A stretch of 63,750 bases of DNA, the filler included, from Nemertoderma westbladi (Eukaryota > Animalia > Xenacoelomorpha): the NCBI GenBank assembly GCA_032718475.1. It is 3 parts of 3 records of this genome, joined end to end, with 100 filler letters (N's around TTAATTAATTAA, not from the genome) between each part and the next. Parts side by side here need not be neighbours in the genome. Positions count along the whole stretch, not along the records: positions 1 to 21,957 come from JAUCBJ010001744.1; 2 more parts are not named here. The stretch is one strand, 5' to 3'. Positions 1 to 12,362 of the stretch are shown here, piece by piece; the first letter of the stretch is position 1; each line of letters starts with the position of its first letter. The notes beneath the pieces were generated by a model, which worked only from the letters and a program-made list of their open reading frames with translations, ran no database searches and had not been told where the DNA came from. A program made the position numbers and the translations under genes.

Positions 1-1007
1 TCGTCTTCGCATACTTCCTCCGACAATCGACAGACGACTCCGTCGTACACAACGAAGATTTCGGTCGGTTTAACATGTCTGAAGCGGCGAATAAACTCAG
101 TTTGGCCTGTAAAGACGTCCCTTTATTGGTGCAGAAGAGTTACTACGCGAAAACATCCCAGAATCACAAACTTAAAATAATTAAAATATTTCCAGTCTAG
201 CGCGTTTATCTAATACAGTCCGTGCTTATCTTCCGTATTTTTGGCAATGCAGTAAATTTATTTTGATTAAATTTTCGTCATAACTTCATAACTACTAATT
301 TGGTTGGGTATGGGATGGAGGCTCATAAATTTATTAAAATGTGTTTCTAGAATTGTAATATTGTGGTTGACAAGGTAACCGAATACAAAGTTCAAACTTT
401 GCACGGAAGTAATTCAAGTCCACTAATATCTCTGGTATTAAGATTTGGCAGATGAGTTAAGGAGATAAAAGTCTATCAAAAAAATATTTGTAAATCGCAT
501 TTGTTTACAATTCCTTTGCCATGGTAACATGTATAATGATAAAATTTATGTATCACCAATTTAATATTTGAAATTTGTTATCATTTGCACTTGAAATATC
601 GTGACCAGTGGCCCTATGATTTGTCATGCTATCTCCTTTCTGATTTGGCAGTTTTGATTATGGACATATCTGTGGTGATTCACAAATTACGGTCTATAAA
701 TAAAAGCTTTAGAAAATGTATTTACACAATGACCCGTAATATAGTGTCATTTTTTCTGATGACACGAATCTGATGTTATCTGCGCTGCGAGTGCTGTTTA
801 ATTTGCAAATAATAATGAGAAAAAACGAATTTATGACTATAAAATAATTGTCTTTATTAAATTAAATGTAACATAGTTTTTATAATATTTATACGGCAAA
901 CAGGGCCTACAATAAATTTACCAGAAATGATAGCAGAAAATTGTATATAGTGACTAATCGATCAAGGAATGCATGAGACAATACGTAGCTACGAAAGTGG
1001 GATTGGA

Positions 1008-2800
1008 CTGACTACTACTACTAGGATCGGCATGCTGCATTGCAGCTGCATTTTTAACAATGCTGTGCCGGCTTGTCGACAAAATGGCGCCGCCATTTTC
1101 CGCCAACTCCCGATCACTCATGACATTTGCTAGATCATTTGCATCTTCAAGGCCAGTGTCCTTTAAGATTCGTTTCAAAACGTCATGGGCTATCCACCAT
1201 GCATATTCACTCCATGAGGCTGCCAAAGCAAAATGTTATGCACTGGCTGGTCCTCACGGTGAAAGCAATGTCCTGCAAAGCGGAGGCGATTTTGTTCTAG
1301 TGTCAAGCTTGGGGGAACCAATAATATACCTCAAATTTTATATAGTGTCTAGTTGGAGATGTGTGCATTGTACTTGACACAATGAACCCGGCGTAGCATT
1401 CTTGTGAATGTGCCATCCAGAGATTTGGTGTCCTCAGCAGTTAGAGCCCTGCATGGACTCCCATAGAGGAGTACTGGAACTACTGCTGCTCTAAATAATC
1501 GGACCTTAAGTTTCCGATTAATTCTCGGTGACTTCCAAATCCTGGAAAGCCTATTCAAGGCTGCCCATGCCTTTCCCTTACGTATTCTAAGGTCCTCACC
1601 TGACTTCCGGATCCATGATCCCAGGTAACAGAAGTCGTCCACATGCTCAAGCATACCATCCTTTGAGCTTATGCTCATCCGGTCATAGACTTGCTGATGA
1701 CTTTCAAAGTTACCTGTCAAAATTTTGGTCTTTTTGGAGTTAATAAATAGACCAACACTAGAAGCAGCCTTTTCTAATGAGCTGAGGAGCCGTTGGGCTC
1801 CCTCTAGTGATTATGAGAGTACTCCTAAGTCGTCAGCAAAGTCTAGATCAGTTAGGTACTTGGCAAGATTTCCTCGACTTCTGGAGCCAGTAGGTGGAGT
1901 TATCATCACCCCATCATCATTATGATGATCTAAAGACATAGTCAAACGGCGTAGAACATAGTCAACCACAATTTTATGAACAAAAATGGCGTGTCTCCTT
2001 GGAGGACTCCCCATAATATTTCAAATGGTTCTGTTTCACCATCAACAGTAGACACAAATGTTGTCGAACCATCGTATACTGATCTGATTGCTGCAATAAC
2101 TTCATCAGGAAACCCATATAATGAAAGTATGCTGAACATACGTGAGCGAGAGACTGAATCAAAGGCCTTGAAGAAGTCAACAAAGATAACAGCCAGAGGC
2201 CTATCTTTCTTTTTTGATAACTCTTCAATTATCCTTCTAAGTGCCAAAATGGGCTCCATGGTCCCACGATCTTTACGGAACCCATTCTGATTTCCACGGA
2301 GTAGTCTCTCAATGGGATCCCGGATGCGATTTAATATAATTCTATTGTATAGCTTTGCAGCAATCGAGATCAATGAGATTCCCCGAAAAGAACCATAGAG
2401 TGTTAAGTTGCCCTTCTTGGAAACTGGCACCAACTTATTTGTTTTCATTTCTTGTGGGACTCTTGTTGTTCTGTACATGTCTACTTATGATGTTTTAGAT
2501 GAGCTCTAAACACTCAGGTATTTTAGGTCTTAATGCTCTTTGCAGCAGCCTTCATTTCTGCAAAGGAGATACCCGTATCGCCAATGGGAATATCTGGGAG
2601 TACAGACTCAGGCACCTTTTACTTTTATAAAGTTATCAGGCAATACCCTGTCATTATTGAGGAGCTTTTCAAAGTGGGCCTTCCAACCATTGAAGCGATT
2701 GGCTGGTGAGTAAGCCGTAACCTTGGTGGTTGGTTGGCTTTTCCGCTCAGTAAGCAAGTTGATCGATTTCCATGCCTGGGATGATTGCCTTTTTTGTGAC
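1008..2800 (-). mobile_element. 5'-truncated, frameshifted RTE-clade non-LTR retrotransposon (RT plus C-terminal region)
   Basis: Minus-strand fragments give RT motifs FRGISLISIAAKLY, QNGFRKDRG, FVDFFKAFDSV, GVLQGD, LDFADDL, then FCYLGSWI, RLFRAAVVPVLLYG and RLRFAGHC...ILLWQP typical of RTE C-termini. The 3' end is a (TAG)n tail, seen as ctactactacta at ~1008-1023. Several frameshifts and stops. Confidence 0.9.
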
Positions 2801-4132
2801 TGAAAAAAGGGGCCTACATGAGTTTAAGTGGAAAATAAGTCGGTCTAAGCTTCCTACAGTAATTAAGGCCAGAGTACCCCCCCCCCCCCCCCCCCTGTCA
2901 AAATTTCAAATGTCTGTTTTTATTTACTCTTAGCAGAATTTAATGAGAATTTCAAATCTGAAAACCGCTTAGCGAAACCTATTTTAGTTCTCGAGTTATC
3001 GCTGTTTTCTTGTTTGACGGTGTGCCAGTCAAATTGTAAGACAGACAGACAACCGACATACAGGCAGACAGACTAGATTCCACCAAAATTTAAAACTGAC
3101 ATCTGAAATGAAATCAGCGACCCGAAAACCCCCATAATGAAAGTTTTAGCCCGGCGATGTGCTTCGTTCGTTCCAGAAGTGATTAACCAGTCAGACCACA
3201 GAGCCACTTTTGGCGGGAAGGTTTAAACTTTGAAGGCAATTATATTAATAAATATTAATTAATTTACTTAAAAAGGCAAAACTAAAAATTTTAACCGATA
3301 ACCGATCCGATTACGGAGCTCACCTCCGTAATTCGAAAAAAATTTGTTTCAGACAATTTGACCTAAAATTGAATGTCTAGTACAGTAGCATGTCATCCGC
3401 AAATCTTGTTTCATTCAATGGCCGTTAGAGGGCGAGTGAAAATTTGAACATTTTTCGAAAAAAACAAATGTTTAGCTATATTTTAACAGCCCATACTGTA
3501 TAAAATCATAATATAAAAAAATAAAAATAAAGTAATAAACCAAAACGAAACGGCTGCTGTAATCTGAATGAAATTCAAAGTTTTTTATCGCTCGTTTTAT
3601 CGCATTTATTTTCCTCATAACTCTTAGATTCCACTGCTCCATTGTATGTTTGGGTACTTTTACACGCCTCCGTTCTCCACCCAACCCAAACTTACCTTGT
3701 TACTATCCGTCTCGTGTATTAAATACTCGGCTTCAGCCTTCGACCGATTATAGCCCTCCGGTAATATCCAGGCCTGAAGTTCGACAATGTCCAAATATCT
3801 GCATCAAAAAATCATTACAATTCAGTCTAAAAATGCATTTGTACTCAGTAACTACAAGTTCGATTTGATTTTTAAAATATGCGAATGTCGGCGAGTTGTT
3901 ACATAATGGAAAGACTTCTAGAACATAATAATTCACATAATTGAATAATTTGGTTTTGGTCATTAATAATATTTAAAATGTTATTTGAATTAAATAAATT
4001 AGAGTTGAGCTGTTAATGCAACTGTAATTAATGATGTTATATAATGGTTTTGTTCAAAAATGGATAAAATGAAAAAGCACGTTAAAATAACGTGCCACTG
4101 TAACTAAATGGAGAATTTAACATTGAGGCGGG

Positions 4133-5281
4133 TGTTCGCGCTTTGAGACCTTTAGCAGTTTAACCTGCCAATTTTAGTTGTCCTCTTGTTTATAAATCGA
4201 CTTTAGCCTTTTACTAATTACCTAGTGCACTGAAGTTACATCAGCCGAAGCCAGTCCGTGCGCGGCGTATGACCCACGGTGTGGGAGACTGGATTCGGAT
4301 TCCTTGGGAGTTATTGCAGTGTAGACCTACTGTATTATTCGATTGATCGCTACTATATAATCTCTGACAACTATATTCACTTTCGGGGAAATATTAACAG
4401 TACCTTTAGGACGTGGCGCTTTAAGTATAAAAACAGAGTTATGACTTATACTAATCACAACTAGATGGCCACAGAGTTTCGTAAATAGCGCATTCTTTAG
4501 GAGATGCTTTAATAACCTTCACACTACTTCACACGACTTCACACTACTTCACACTACTTTATTCTAGTTCGCACTAATCTGCCGACCGTCACTGAATTTG
4601 ATCATATATAAGGAGGATCGCAACTGACACACGTAGGGATTATGAAATAGCATTTAATTCACACAAAACCACTATAATTTAAGTCGCAGTTGCTACCGGT
4701 AAACTCTATTCCTCTTACCTCAGTAATCAAGAAGATTGAGGGGTTTATGATTATTTATCGGTATTCTCCAAATATAACATCAGAATTCATTAATATAACA
4801 ACAATTAATACTATAAAACAGAAGTAAATAATGCGGTGATTCAGTAATATGCAGTCAGTTAATGACAAGTGTAAAATGAGTTGAATTGTTTTGTTAGGTG
4901 AGGAAGTTAGGTGAGTTAAGGATAATAGATTTACGTTCTTATAACCAAGGCCATCTGATGTTCCTAGGCCAAAGTCTGAAACTTCCGCACAGAAGCACAG
5001 AAAATTCTGAGTTAGTTCTGATGCTCAGAAAATAGTAAACAAAGACCGTAATGCATTGCGCGAGTTTCCATAGGTTTCTGTTAGACATAAAGTGAAAATT
5101 GCTCTGATTGGCTGAATAAGACAGAACAAAGAACTTCCACGTCCACAAAGAATCAGCTGACAGATTTCGTTATCTTGGTTCTAATTCCTTCCCGTCGCGT
5201 AGTTGGATAAATTTAGGGCTATTTTAGAGTATTCTGCGCATTGCGTAAAAATGACTTGTTATGTCCGCAAAAGCTTTTACA
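4133..5281 (-). repeat. 3' LTR of the BEL/Pao element (1149 bp)
   Basis: Begins tgttcgcg, ends ttttaca. By eye about 21 substitutions and one 10-bp indel (acactacttc unit) versus 12363-13501. Confidence 0.95.
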
Positions 5282-5359
5282 CCGCTCCCAGAAAATGGGA
5301 TTTAAGTCTATAAAATATAAAAAATCACAGTTTCTAAAATACAAAAATACTCTAAACTA

Positions 5360-5767
5360 TTAGTCCTTCTTTCGTGAACGGCGTTTACGAAGTTTTTTGA
5401 GGCTAGTAAGAGTCTTTTTCTCTTTGGGGCGAGCCACTTTACTAGGAGGGCTATAACTCCTGGGTGAGGGGTATAATACAATTGCATCGGAAGGTTTCGG
5501 ATTACGGTCAGTGTATCCGCCAGTCGAGGTACCCGGTTGATTGATATCAACCTCAGTGAAACGAGGTCGTACAACCCTTAGAGCGTGTTTCAGGACAGCA
5601 GCTCTTACTGGTCCCTGACGGGTCATTTGCATGAGAGCGGTAGGTTGACCGTGAGTAGTGAGAAATTTCCTCGGTTTGATGGTTCTTTCCAACTCGCGTT
5701 CTCTGGCTTTATATTCATATGGTCGTCTATGAACTTCTTGTAGCTCTGGATGCGAGTTTATGAACAA
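5360..5767 (-). CDS. Basic 135-aa reading frame, probably the frameshifted C-terminus of the 432-aa extra ORF
   Basis: TTG start overlaps the last 10 nt of the 5758-7056 ORF; ends in a K/R-rich tail (LKKLRKRRSRKKD) about 70 bp before the PPT. Confidence 0.5.
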   Translation of the reverse strand: MFINSHPELQEVHRRPYEYKARERELERTIKPRKFLTTHGQPTALMQMTRQGPVRAAVLKHALRVVRPRFTEVDINQPGTSTGGYTDRNPKPSDAIVLYPSPRSYSPPSKVARPKEKKTLTSLKKLRKRRSRKKD

Positions 5768-7056
5768 GTCACCGTGGGATTTATCAATGGTAGAAACTTT
5801 AAACTGTGCGTAGGATTTTCCGGTTTCACCATATAATATTGAGTTAAATTGACATAATAGGTGTGGTCTTTGATCCCATAAAATGAGTTCGGTAAAGGTC
5901 TAGCGCGTAGGTTGACCTCGTATACCATACGATGGACAAGATCCGCTCGATTGTCCGGAGGTGCAACGAGTATACCGTCGACATGAGCAGCCTCGATTGG
6001 CGGACATTGTAACATAGGAGCGTCAGCGATAAGATCTCTAGATCTTAAATTGATATCAACCGGTTGGGGTTGTACCGTGGTGAAAAGTTTGTCTCTGAAA
6101 TGGGGAACCATCGAAGGATGAATGATGGTTTTGGAATAGAGATCAGTCATAAGGATTTGAGCTTCTGGTTGGGCTAAAGCTGCTTCTTCTCTCTCATCCA
6201 TTTCGATGTGCTTCTCCTCGAGCTGATTTTCCTCCGCTTGTCGTTGGAAGCGTTCGTCTAAAAACTCTTGTAGAGAGTAGGTTCGTCCAAGTTCGATATC
6301 TTCTTCGAGATTCTGGATTTCCCGATCAAACTGGGGTAAAGCTAATTCTTTTACCGCTTGGACTTGTTGTTGCAATTTATGTTTGTCTAAACAATCGTAG
6401 GTTCCTTTTCCGATCTTTTGTCGAATAGCGTCTAATGTGTTTCGTACAATGCTCTCCTCCACCTCGGTGACAGGTTGTATCGGGTTTAAACCGGGACGAT
6501 TATACGGGTTGAACGGCGAAATTTGATGTCCGCGTCCCAATCCGGCTAGGTAGGATGGGCGAATATCTAGGGAGCCCACAACCGGAGAGCCACTGACTAA
6601 TTGTTCGGGTAACATTAGATCATTGAACAATGAATACAGTTCAGGAGGATCCGTCATACTACTAGGATCAAGAGTCTGAGGTCTCACCAGGGAATGAGGA
6701 GGTCTGACCGAGTATTCCGGAACTCTGATCATAGGTTTATTTAAGGATCGTTTGAGTCGAGCGAGCGTGGGTGATACGTCGAACAAGTTTCGCTCAAAAC
6801 TCCTGTAAGTATAGCGAGTAAAACTGTGTTTAGCGCAACGTCTCTGCGGATGTTTATGTCTTTCCGTTTGTTGGTTAGGTCTAGGGCATTCATCGCAGTA
6901 ATACCAAAGACACACGTCTTGTAGGGGAAACGCTGGTGATCTTTCTCCAGTTTTACAATATTTCTCCATCTGTTCGAAGCTATCCGGTACAACAGGTAGC
7001 GGTCGATCGGCGGTAAGATATATCATAGAGAAATAGAGTCGTTTGAGTTCTATCAT
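5758..7056 (-). CDS. Uncharacterised 432-aa ORF of the BEL element, located where env would be
   Basis: Non-repetitive ATG-started ORF, same strand as pol, between integrase and 3' LTR; Cys/His cluster CLWYYCDEC...HKH...CAKH; acidic coiled-coil-like middle; no evident transmembrane segment. Confidence 0.75.
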   Translation of the reverse strand: MIELKRLYFSMIYLTADRPLPVVPDSFEQMEKYCKTGERSPAFPLQDVCLWYYCDECPRPNQQTERHKHPQRRCAKHSFTRYTYRSFERNLFDVSPTLARLKRSLNKPMIRVPEYSVRPPHSLVRPQTLDPSSMTDPPELYSLFNDLMLPEQLVSGSPVVGSLDIRPSYLAGLGRGHQISPFNPYNRPGLNPIQPVTEVEESIVRNTLDAIRQKIGKGTYDCLDKHKLQQQVQAVKELALPQFDREIQNLEEDIELGRTYSLQEFLDERFQRQAEENQLEEKHIEMDEREEAALAQPEAQILMTDLYSKTIIHPSMVPHFRDKLFTTVQPQPVDINLRSRDLIADAPMLQCPPIEAAHVDGILVAPPDNRADLVHRMVYEVNLRARPLPNSFYGIKDHTYYVNLTQYYMVKPENPTHSLKFLPLINPTVTCS

Positions 7057-7674
7057 AGGGTTATGATGTATACCTTGAGGATATCGAGTTTCTATTTATT
7101 AACAGATTTGTTTGATAAGATTATTAATATTAATAATGTTTGTTAATATTTTTGAACTTCAATGCTACTGTTAAATGGACATCATTCTACTATATGTATT
7201 ATTTAATATACGGTATGAGAGCAATATTGCAAGAAGCAATGTCAGTGAGAAGAGGCAAGTCGTTTCCAAGGTCTACCCAGAGCTTGGTTTAGCCGAGACA
7301 TGAGGATCTGAACTTTGCATTCCTAATACTCTACTTACCAATAATACTGGAGTATAGTAGGGGCGGTATTGCACTTTTAATAAGTACGGACATTTCATCT
7401 TACTGTAGTAACGTATTTATATTATGATACGGACAGTAAGGAAAGAGAAAATGGATTATTTCTCGCCGTTAAACGAAATATATAATGCTAAGTAATTAAG
7501 TAATAAACACAAATATATTGCACTAATCTACTGAATAATCATTAAAATATTATTCCACTAAATAAAATTAAAGAAAACGATTATAATAAAATTACATAAT
7601 AATACATACATAAATATAAAAATAAAAATAAAAAAAAATAAAATAATGGAGTCACACACCCACTCAAGACGCTG

Positions 7675-8805
7675 TTACGTTGTGGAGTCCCTAGATGTTT
7701 GTTGGATTAAGGAGGTGGTCGTGGGAAGAGTCTCTTGCCTTCCATAGTTCCCGGATAACTCTTGATCTCTTTCCAGTAAACATAAACGACCAACTGGGCA
7801 ATTAAGTTGTTGTGTTTCGAATACAATTCCAGGTTTCTTAAAGTTACGTCGCATGACGACGAGTTCTACCGATCGCACTAAACCATCATCGGATATATGA
7901 GTCTCGATGATACGACCTGTCTGCCACCGCTTATGTGGAAGATCTGATTCCACGATAAGGACCATATCTCCGGCACTGACGTTTTCTTGCTGCGCAAACC
8001 ACTTTGTTCGAAGTTGTAGCGTAGGAAGATAATGTTTTTCGAAATGGTCAGCGAAACGACGGGATAATAGTTGCATAAGTTGCCAAGTTTGTCGGCAGTA
8101 TTCGTCTCCGTGCGTGATTTACGATTGCGGGAGCATGGCTACAGGTTTCTTTAGTAGGAAATGCGCGGGTGTTAGCGCTTCTAGGGAGTCGGGACTCGAT
8201 GAGACTGGCATAAGCGGTCTCTAGTTAAGATAGGCGGCGATTTCTTCCATTAACGTCCGCAAAAGTTCATCGGTGAGATACGCGCGGCACAGCACTATAA
8301 AGTGAAATGCGGTCTTCACGCTCCGTATTAGTCTCTCCCAACTTCCTCCCCACCAAGGGGCGTCGGCGGCGTTGAAGGTCCAGCTAGATGCCGTTATCCT
8401 TAACTGATCGTCCACCTGTCTTTGGTTCCAATCTTTCACGTAAGCTTTGATCTCATTGTTGGCGCCAATGAAGTTCGTTCCTTTGTCGGATCTCATAGTG
8501 TTGCTAGTTCCAAAGCGAGCGATCTGTCGTCGTAAGCTCAATAGGACGCTGTTGGTAGATAAATCGTTCACCATATCGAGATGGATAGCTCTACAAGTCA
8601 TACAAACAAAGATGACACACCATCTCTTGACTATAGTCCTAGCACGATATACTTCAATAGGGCCAAATAAATCTACACCGGTATTAGTAAAGGGTGGTTC
8701 ATAGAAGCTTACTCGTTCCCTAGGTAATTCTGCCTCTCGCTGTGTTAAAGGCCTACTGAATGCTTTCCTACAGGGTATGCAGTTCCTAAGAACTTGGTTC
8801 AGAGT
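7675..8805 (-). pseudogene. BEL/Pao integrase with C-terminal DUF5641-like region, two in-frame stops
   Basis: One frame reads CIPC...PFTNTGVDLFGP...RWCVIFVCMTCRAIHLD...SDKGTNFIGA...APWWGGSWERLIRSVK...YLN*RPL...LTPAHFL...QS*...WQTGRIIETHISDDGLVRSVEL. The HH half of the HHCC finger is missing. Confidence 0.93.
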
Positions 8806-8839
8806 TTATTTAGTTCACAGTTTTCACAGTTCACAGAGT

Positions 8840-10636
8840 TCACAGTTTATTTATAATGTCTTGCTCGGCGTCCAGGACTGTGTGGGATTCTGTCAGTTGT
8901 CGACTGGGCACAGGCAGTTTGGTACTGTGCAAAGGGGATTTAGAGTTAGGTTCTTGAAGTACAGGGGTCTCTATCAAGGGAGTGGCTTCACTAACAGGCC
9001 TAATTATTTCGGGCTCATCTACTATAGTAGGGAGTCTTTCTACTCTAATAATTTGGTCTGTAGGTTCTTGATTACTTATGTCTATATTAGCTAGTTGCCT
9101 TCTCACCGCAGGAGGTAAATTAGGTAACTTCTGACAGTGTGGCGCTCTTCTACGTCCGCTTGAACAAGATTTATTACCTCTACCCTCGGGATCTGTCGTA
9201 TTGCCTTCATCAGAGGAGGTAAATCCCTGTCTTCTGGGAGTAGATCGACTCAGTAGTTGCATCTGAGTAGCTGCTCTTTGTTTATTTAAGTAATCTTGTT
9301 TCGCCTGAAGGTTCTCCAACTCTAGTTGGGCTGTCGCCTCAGATGCCCTCCGTTCTGCTTCTGCCACTGTCGCTGCTGTCTTTCTTTTAGATTCTGCCGC
9401 TGCCGCTGCCGCTTTCCTTTCAGCTTCTTCCGCCGCCGCTGCCGCCGCTGTTGCTAACTTTTGGTCTTCTATTTGCCTTTTCTCTATTTGTTCTTCTTGG
9501 TCCATTGCTATGAGGATGCTTTCATCCAATTTAGCCTGCTCCGCAGCTAATATTTCCACATCTAACGAGTCCAACACGAATTTGGCTCCCTCACTATTGG
9601 GGTGAAGTCCAGCTAGCCGTCTTCTGAGCTCTTTGTCACCTATAAATCGTTGATACTCCGACAGATAGATGTCAATAGCATCTTTCTTCTGAGGTTTTTC
9701 GGATATCGCTTCACCTTCCACATGAGAAAAGGTGGCATCTGTTGATTCTCCGTGGGTCATGCGCTCAGTTAGCTGAACTTTACATTGTGTCGTTCCCTGG
9801 ACCTTAACACTCACTCGTTGGAACCAAGTTTTTACAGCCACTTGCAACGACGTGTCTTGGCTTCTCTTCGAGGCCTCCTCAAAGGCTAAAAGGATTAATC
9901 TGATCCGTAAGATATGTTCCCGCACTTGATAAAGCAGCTCTCCCTGCTCTTGAGGTCCTTGACGTTGTTGAAATAAATGTTCTTCTAATCGCTCCAAGGA
10001 GCTGAAGAATCCCTGGACATATCCTGCTGCTGACCTCTTCCATACAGCTGGATCTCGAGTATCCCTTACTATCCCCATTTTGTATAAGTCCTCCCAGGCA
10101 GCTTCCGATAAGTTAAACGGGAGTCCGGGTCCGGGGAAGTTCCATTGCGTCTCTACAATAGACCTTAGTTCCTCCATCGTGTATCCCACATAACTGTCCT
10201 TGGTCGATCGCTTACTTCTCGCCCAATCGATTTGATGTTCTTCCACCGCAATCAATACTCTAGTGAGTACAGCTCCAGGAAGAATTAGAAGTGGATCTGG
10301 ATAAACCACTTCTTCCATCCTTGCTCCGATCTCGGGCCTTAACTCTTCAGTGTCAGAACACCTAGAGTTATTCTGCCGTTGAGAAATAAGTTCTCGGTTT
10401 GGGTGCTGCTGCTGTTTAACAGCTGTCACTTGGTCTCGCCTAACTTGAGCCCTAGTGCCTATAATAGACCTATGGTGCTTTACTAGCCTAGGGTCTGATA
10501 CCACTACTGTAGGGATGACTTTTCTTACAGTAGGAGGGGACTTGGACTTCGGTCTGAGATGTTCTATACTTTGATCTGGGTCACAGATCGTTCTTTCTAG
10601 GAGACTATCTGACAGTGTTTGCTTTGTGTCAGACAT
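8840..10636 (-). CDS. N-terminal part of the BEL gag(-pol) ORF, truncated at the internal deletion
   Basis: 598-aa ATG ORF following a ~1.7-kb leader; Ala/Glu-rich coiled coil; terminates exactly at the junction with the integrase remnant; no capsid or zinc-knuckle motif recognised. Confidence 0.7.
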   Translation of the reverse strand: MSDTKQTLSDSLLERTICDPDQSIEHLRPKSKSPPTVRKVIPTVVVSDPRLVKHHRSIIGTRAQVRRDQVTAVKQQQHPNRELISQRQNNSRCSDTEELRPEIGARMEEVVYPDPLLILPGAVLTRVLIAVEEHQIDWARSKRSTKDSYVGYTMEELRSIVETQWNFPGPGLPFNLSEAAWEDLYKMGIVRDTRDPAVWKRSAAGYVQGFFSSLERLEEHLFQQRQGPQEQGELLYQVREHILRIRLILLAFEEASKRSQDTSLQVAVKTWFQRVSVKVQGTTQCKVQLTERMTHGESTDATFSHVEGEAISEKPQKKDAIDIYLSEYQRFIGDKELRRRLAGLHPNSEGAKFVLDSLDVEILAAEQAKLDESILIAMDQEEQIEKRQIEDQKLATAAAAAAEEAERKAAAAAAESKRKTAATVAEAERRASEATAQLELENLQAKQDYLNKQRAATQMQLLSRSTPRRQGFTSSDEGNTTDPEGRGNKSCSSGRRRAPHCQKLPNLPPAVRRQLANIDISNQEPTDQIIRVERLPTIVDEPEIIRPVSEATPLIETPVLQEPNSKSPLHSTKLPVPSRQLTESHTVLDAEQDIINKL

Positions 10637-12362
10637 GATTTATTTTACAGTTGAATGCCTACTACTATAACGACAGTTAAAGCAAGTCTAGAAGAATCAG
10701 TATCAACTGTAAACCTAGTAGTTAGTTACCAATACCGTTACTCTGTGTAACGTGATATATATAATTAATATTAAAAATACCGGTATACACTTATAGTATA
10801 TATATAAGTATTATTTACAGACTAGGATTAGTCACATAATACCGGTATATAATTTCAGCCTAAATTTATATAAATATAATAAGCTTACCGTAAATACCGG
10901 TAATGTCAAATATTTAATAATAACTGAATTTCTGAATTTTAGGGTTACTTCCCTTGACTTTATTACTGATATTAAGCAGTAGTTCAACTGATATTAAGAC
11001 CTATTTGATTTATGACAGGCCTACTATTTTATAAATCTGATTGAGTTGATTTATAAATATATATATATACCCGTACAGGGGGTTTTGACAATATTTGAAA
11101 TAAATGTTATTATTTCTGTGTAAGGAGTCACTACACGGAAGCTAAACACTCTCAGTGGAGTGCTACTTGTTAGACACTAATACAGATAATTCTACTTTAC
11201 TAAGTTACTTATCCCTACAAATTACTTACAATCAGGTTGAGATTACAATCTCTAAATAAACAGTAAACAAGTTACACGTACAATTTTTAGGGTAATTTTA
11301 CAAGAAATCTACGAACCAGCCTAACAAGGTGTTAGAATTTCTGGTTCTTACAAACTGATAGGAAAATACGGTAGTTGAAACCAATAAAGTAGTAGTAAGT
11401 AAGTTGCGTTGTCCAGATAAGGAAATACCACCGTCTGACGACTGTACTACGTTATGTACCCGGAGTGTCCTTACCTAGAGGTTAATTATTGAAGACAACC
11501 AGAGCTAACGTACCTATTAACCACGTTACAACACAAATATACTGCCTACACACTAAATTACTTTCGGAAAGCACTGTACTCTAAACCCTAAATTAGGTAC
11601 AAATACTTATACAACAAATAACCAGCAGTTAAATATACTTGAACAGCCAAAAGAACCACGGTATCTGCTGGAGTGACCGGAGCACAAAATCACCAGTCTT
11701 TACCTACGCCAAGCAGCCCTGATGTAGTACCGGGGTTAATTTAACTATAACGGTATGTATAACAAGCACAATTACTGTAGGAATAAACTCGCATGAACTC
11801 TGAATAATAAATATTACGCTACCCATACAGACTATTCAAACAAAACACAGACCAAATGCTGGCAGACTACTGTCAAGCCTAAATAAACTACAGTATATGC
11901 AGACTCCAAAATGGTTAGTTAGTAGGGGTTCTAACCAAGTAGTACGACTTAATTCTTTCGGGGGGATTTACCTTACAGCACTGGATGCCCCCACCTTCCT
12001 AACTAGCACTTTATCAGACAGACACTCTACACACACTGCAATCGCCTCAGACCTAACAACAGTTAGACAACAATCCAGCCTACAAATTATTTATACAATC
12101 TGAGCAGGCTTACACGCCTTCTGCTCAATATTACACTTACAGATAAACAAAACTGACAGAAATAAATAAGCTCTAAAAGAAATAAGGGGTGTACAGTCCC
12201 TACTCTCTTAAACAGCCTACTAATATACAATATATCACAATCGAAATAATACTGCTGTACCTGTAAGTACCAGTTCGGGTGTTTAGGCCTACAGTTTACT
12301 GTCTGACCGGTACATTCGACTTTATTGCCTACGGCGCAATAAAGAAACTTAAAAACTATTAA

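Noticed and set aside
4279-5148. Duplicated small ORFs (also 12509-13368) as a gene pair
   Set aside because: They lie in the LTRs, start with GTG/TTG, and are duplicated only because the LTRs are.
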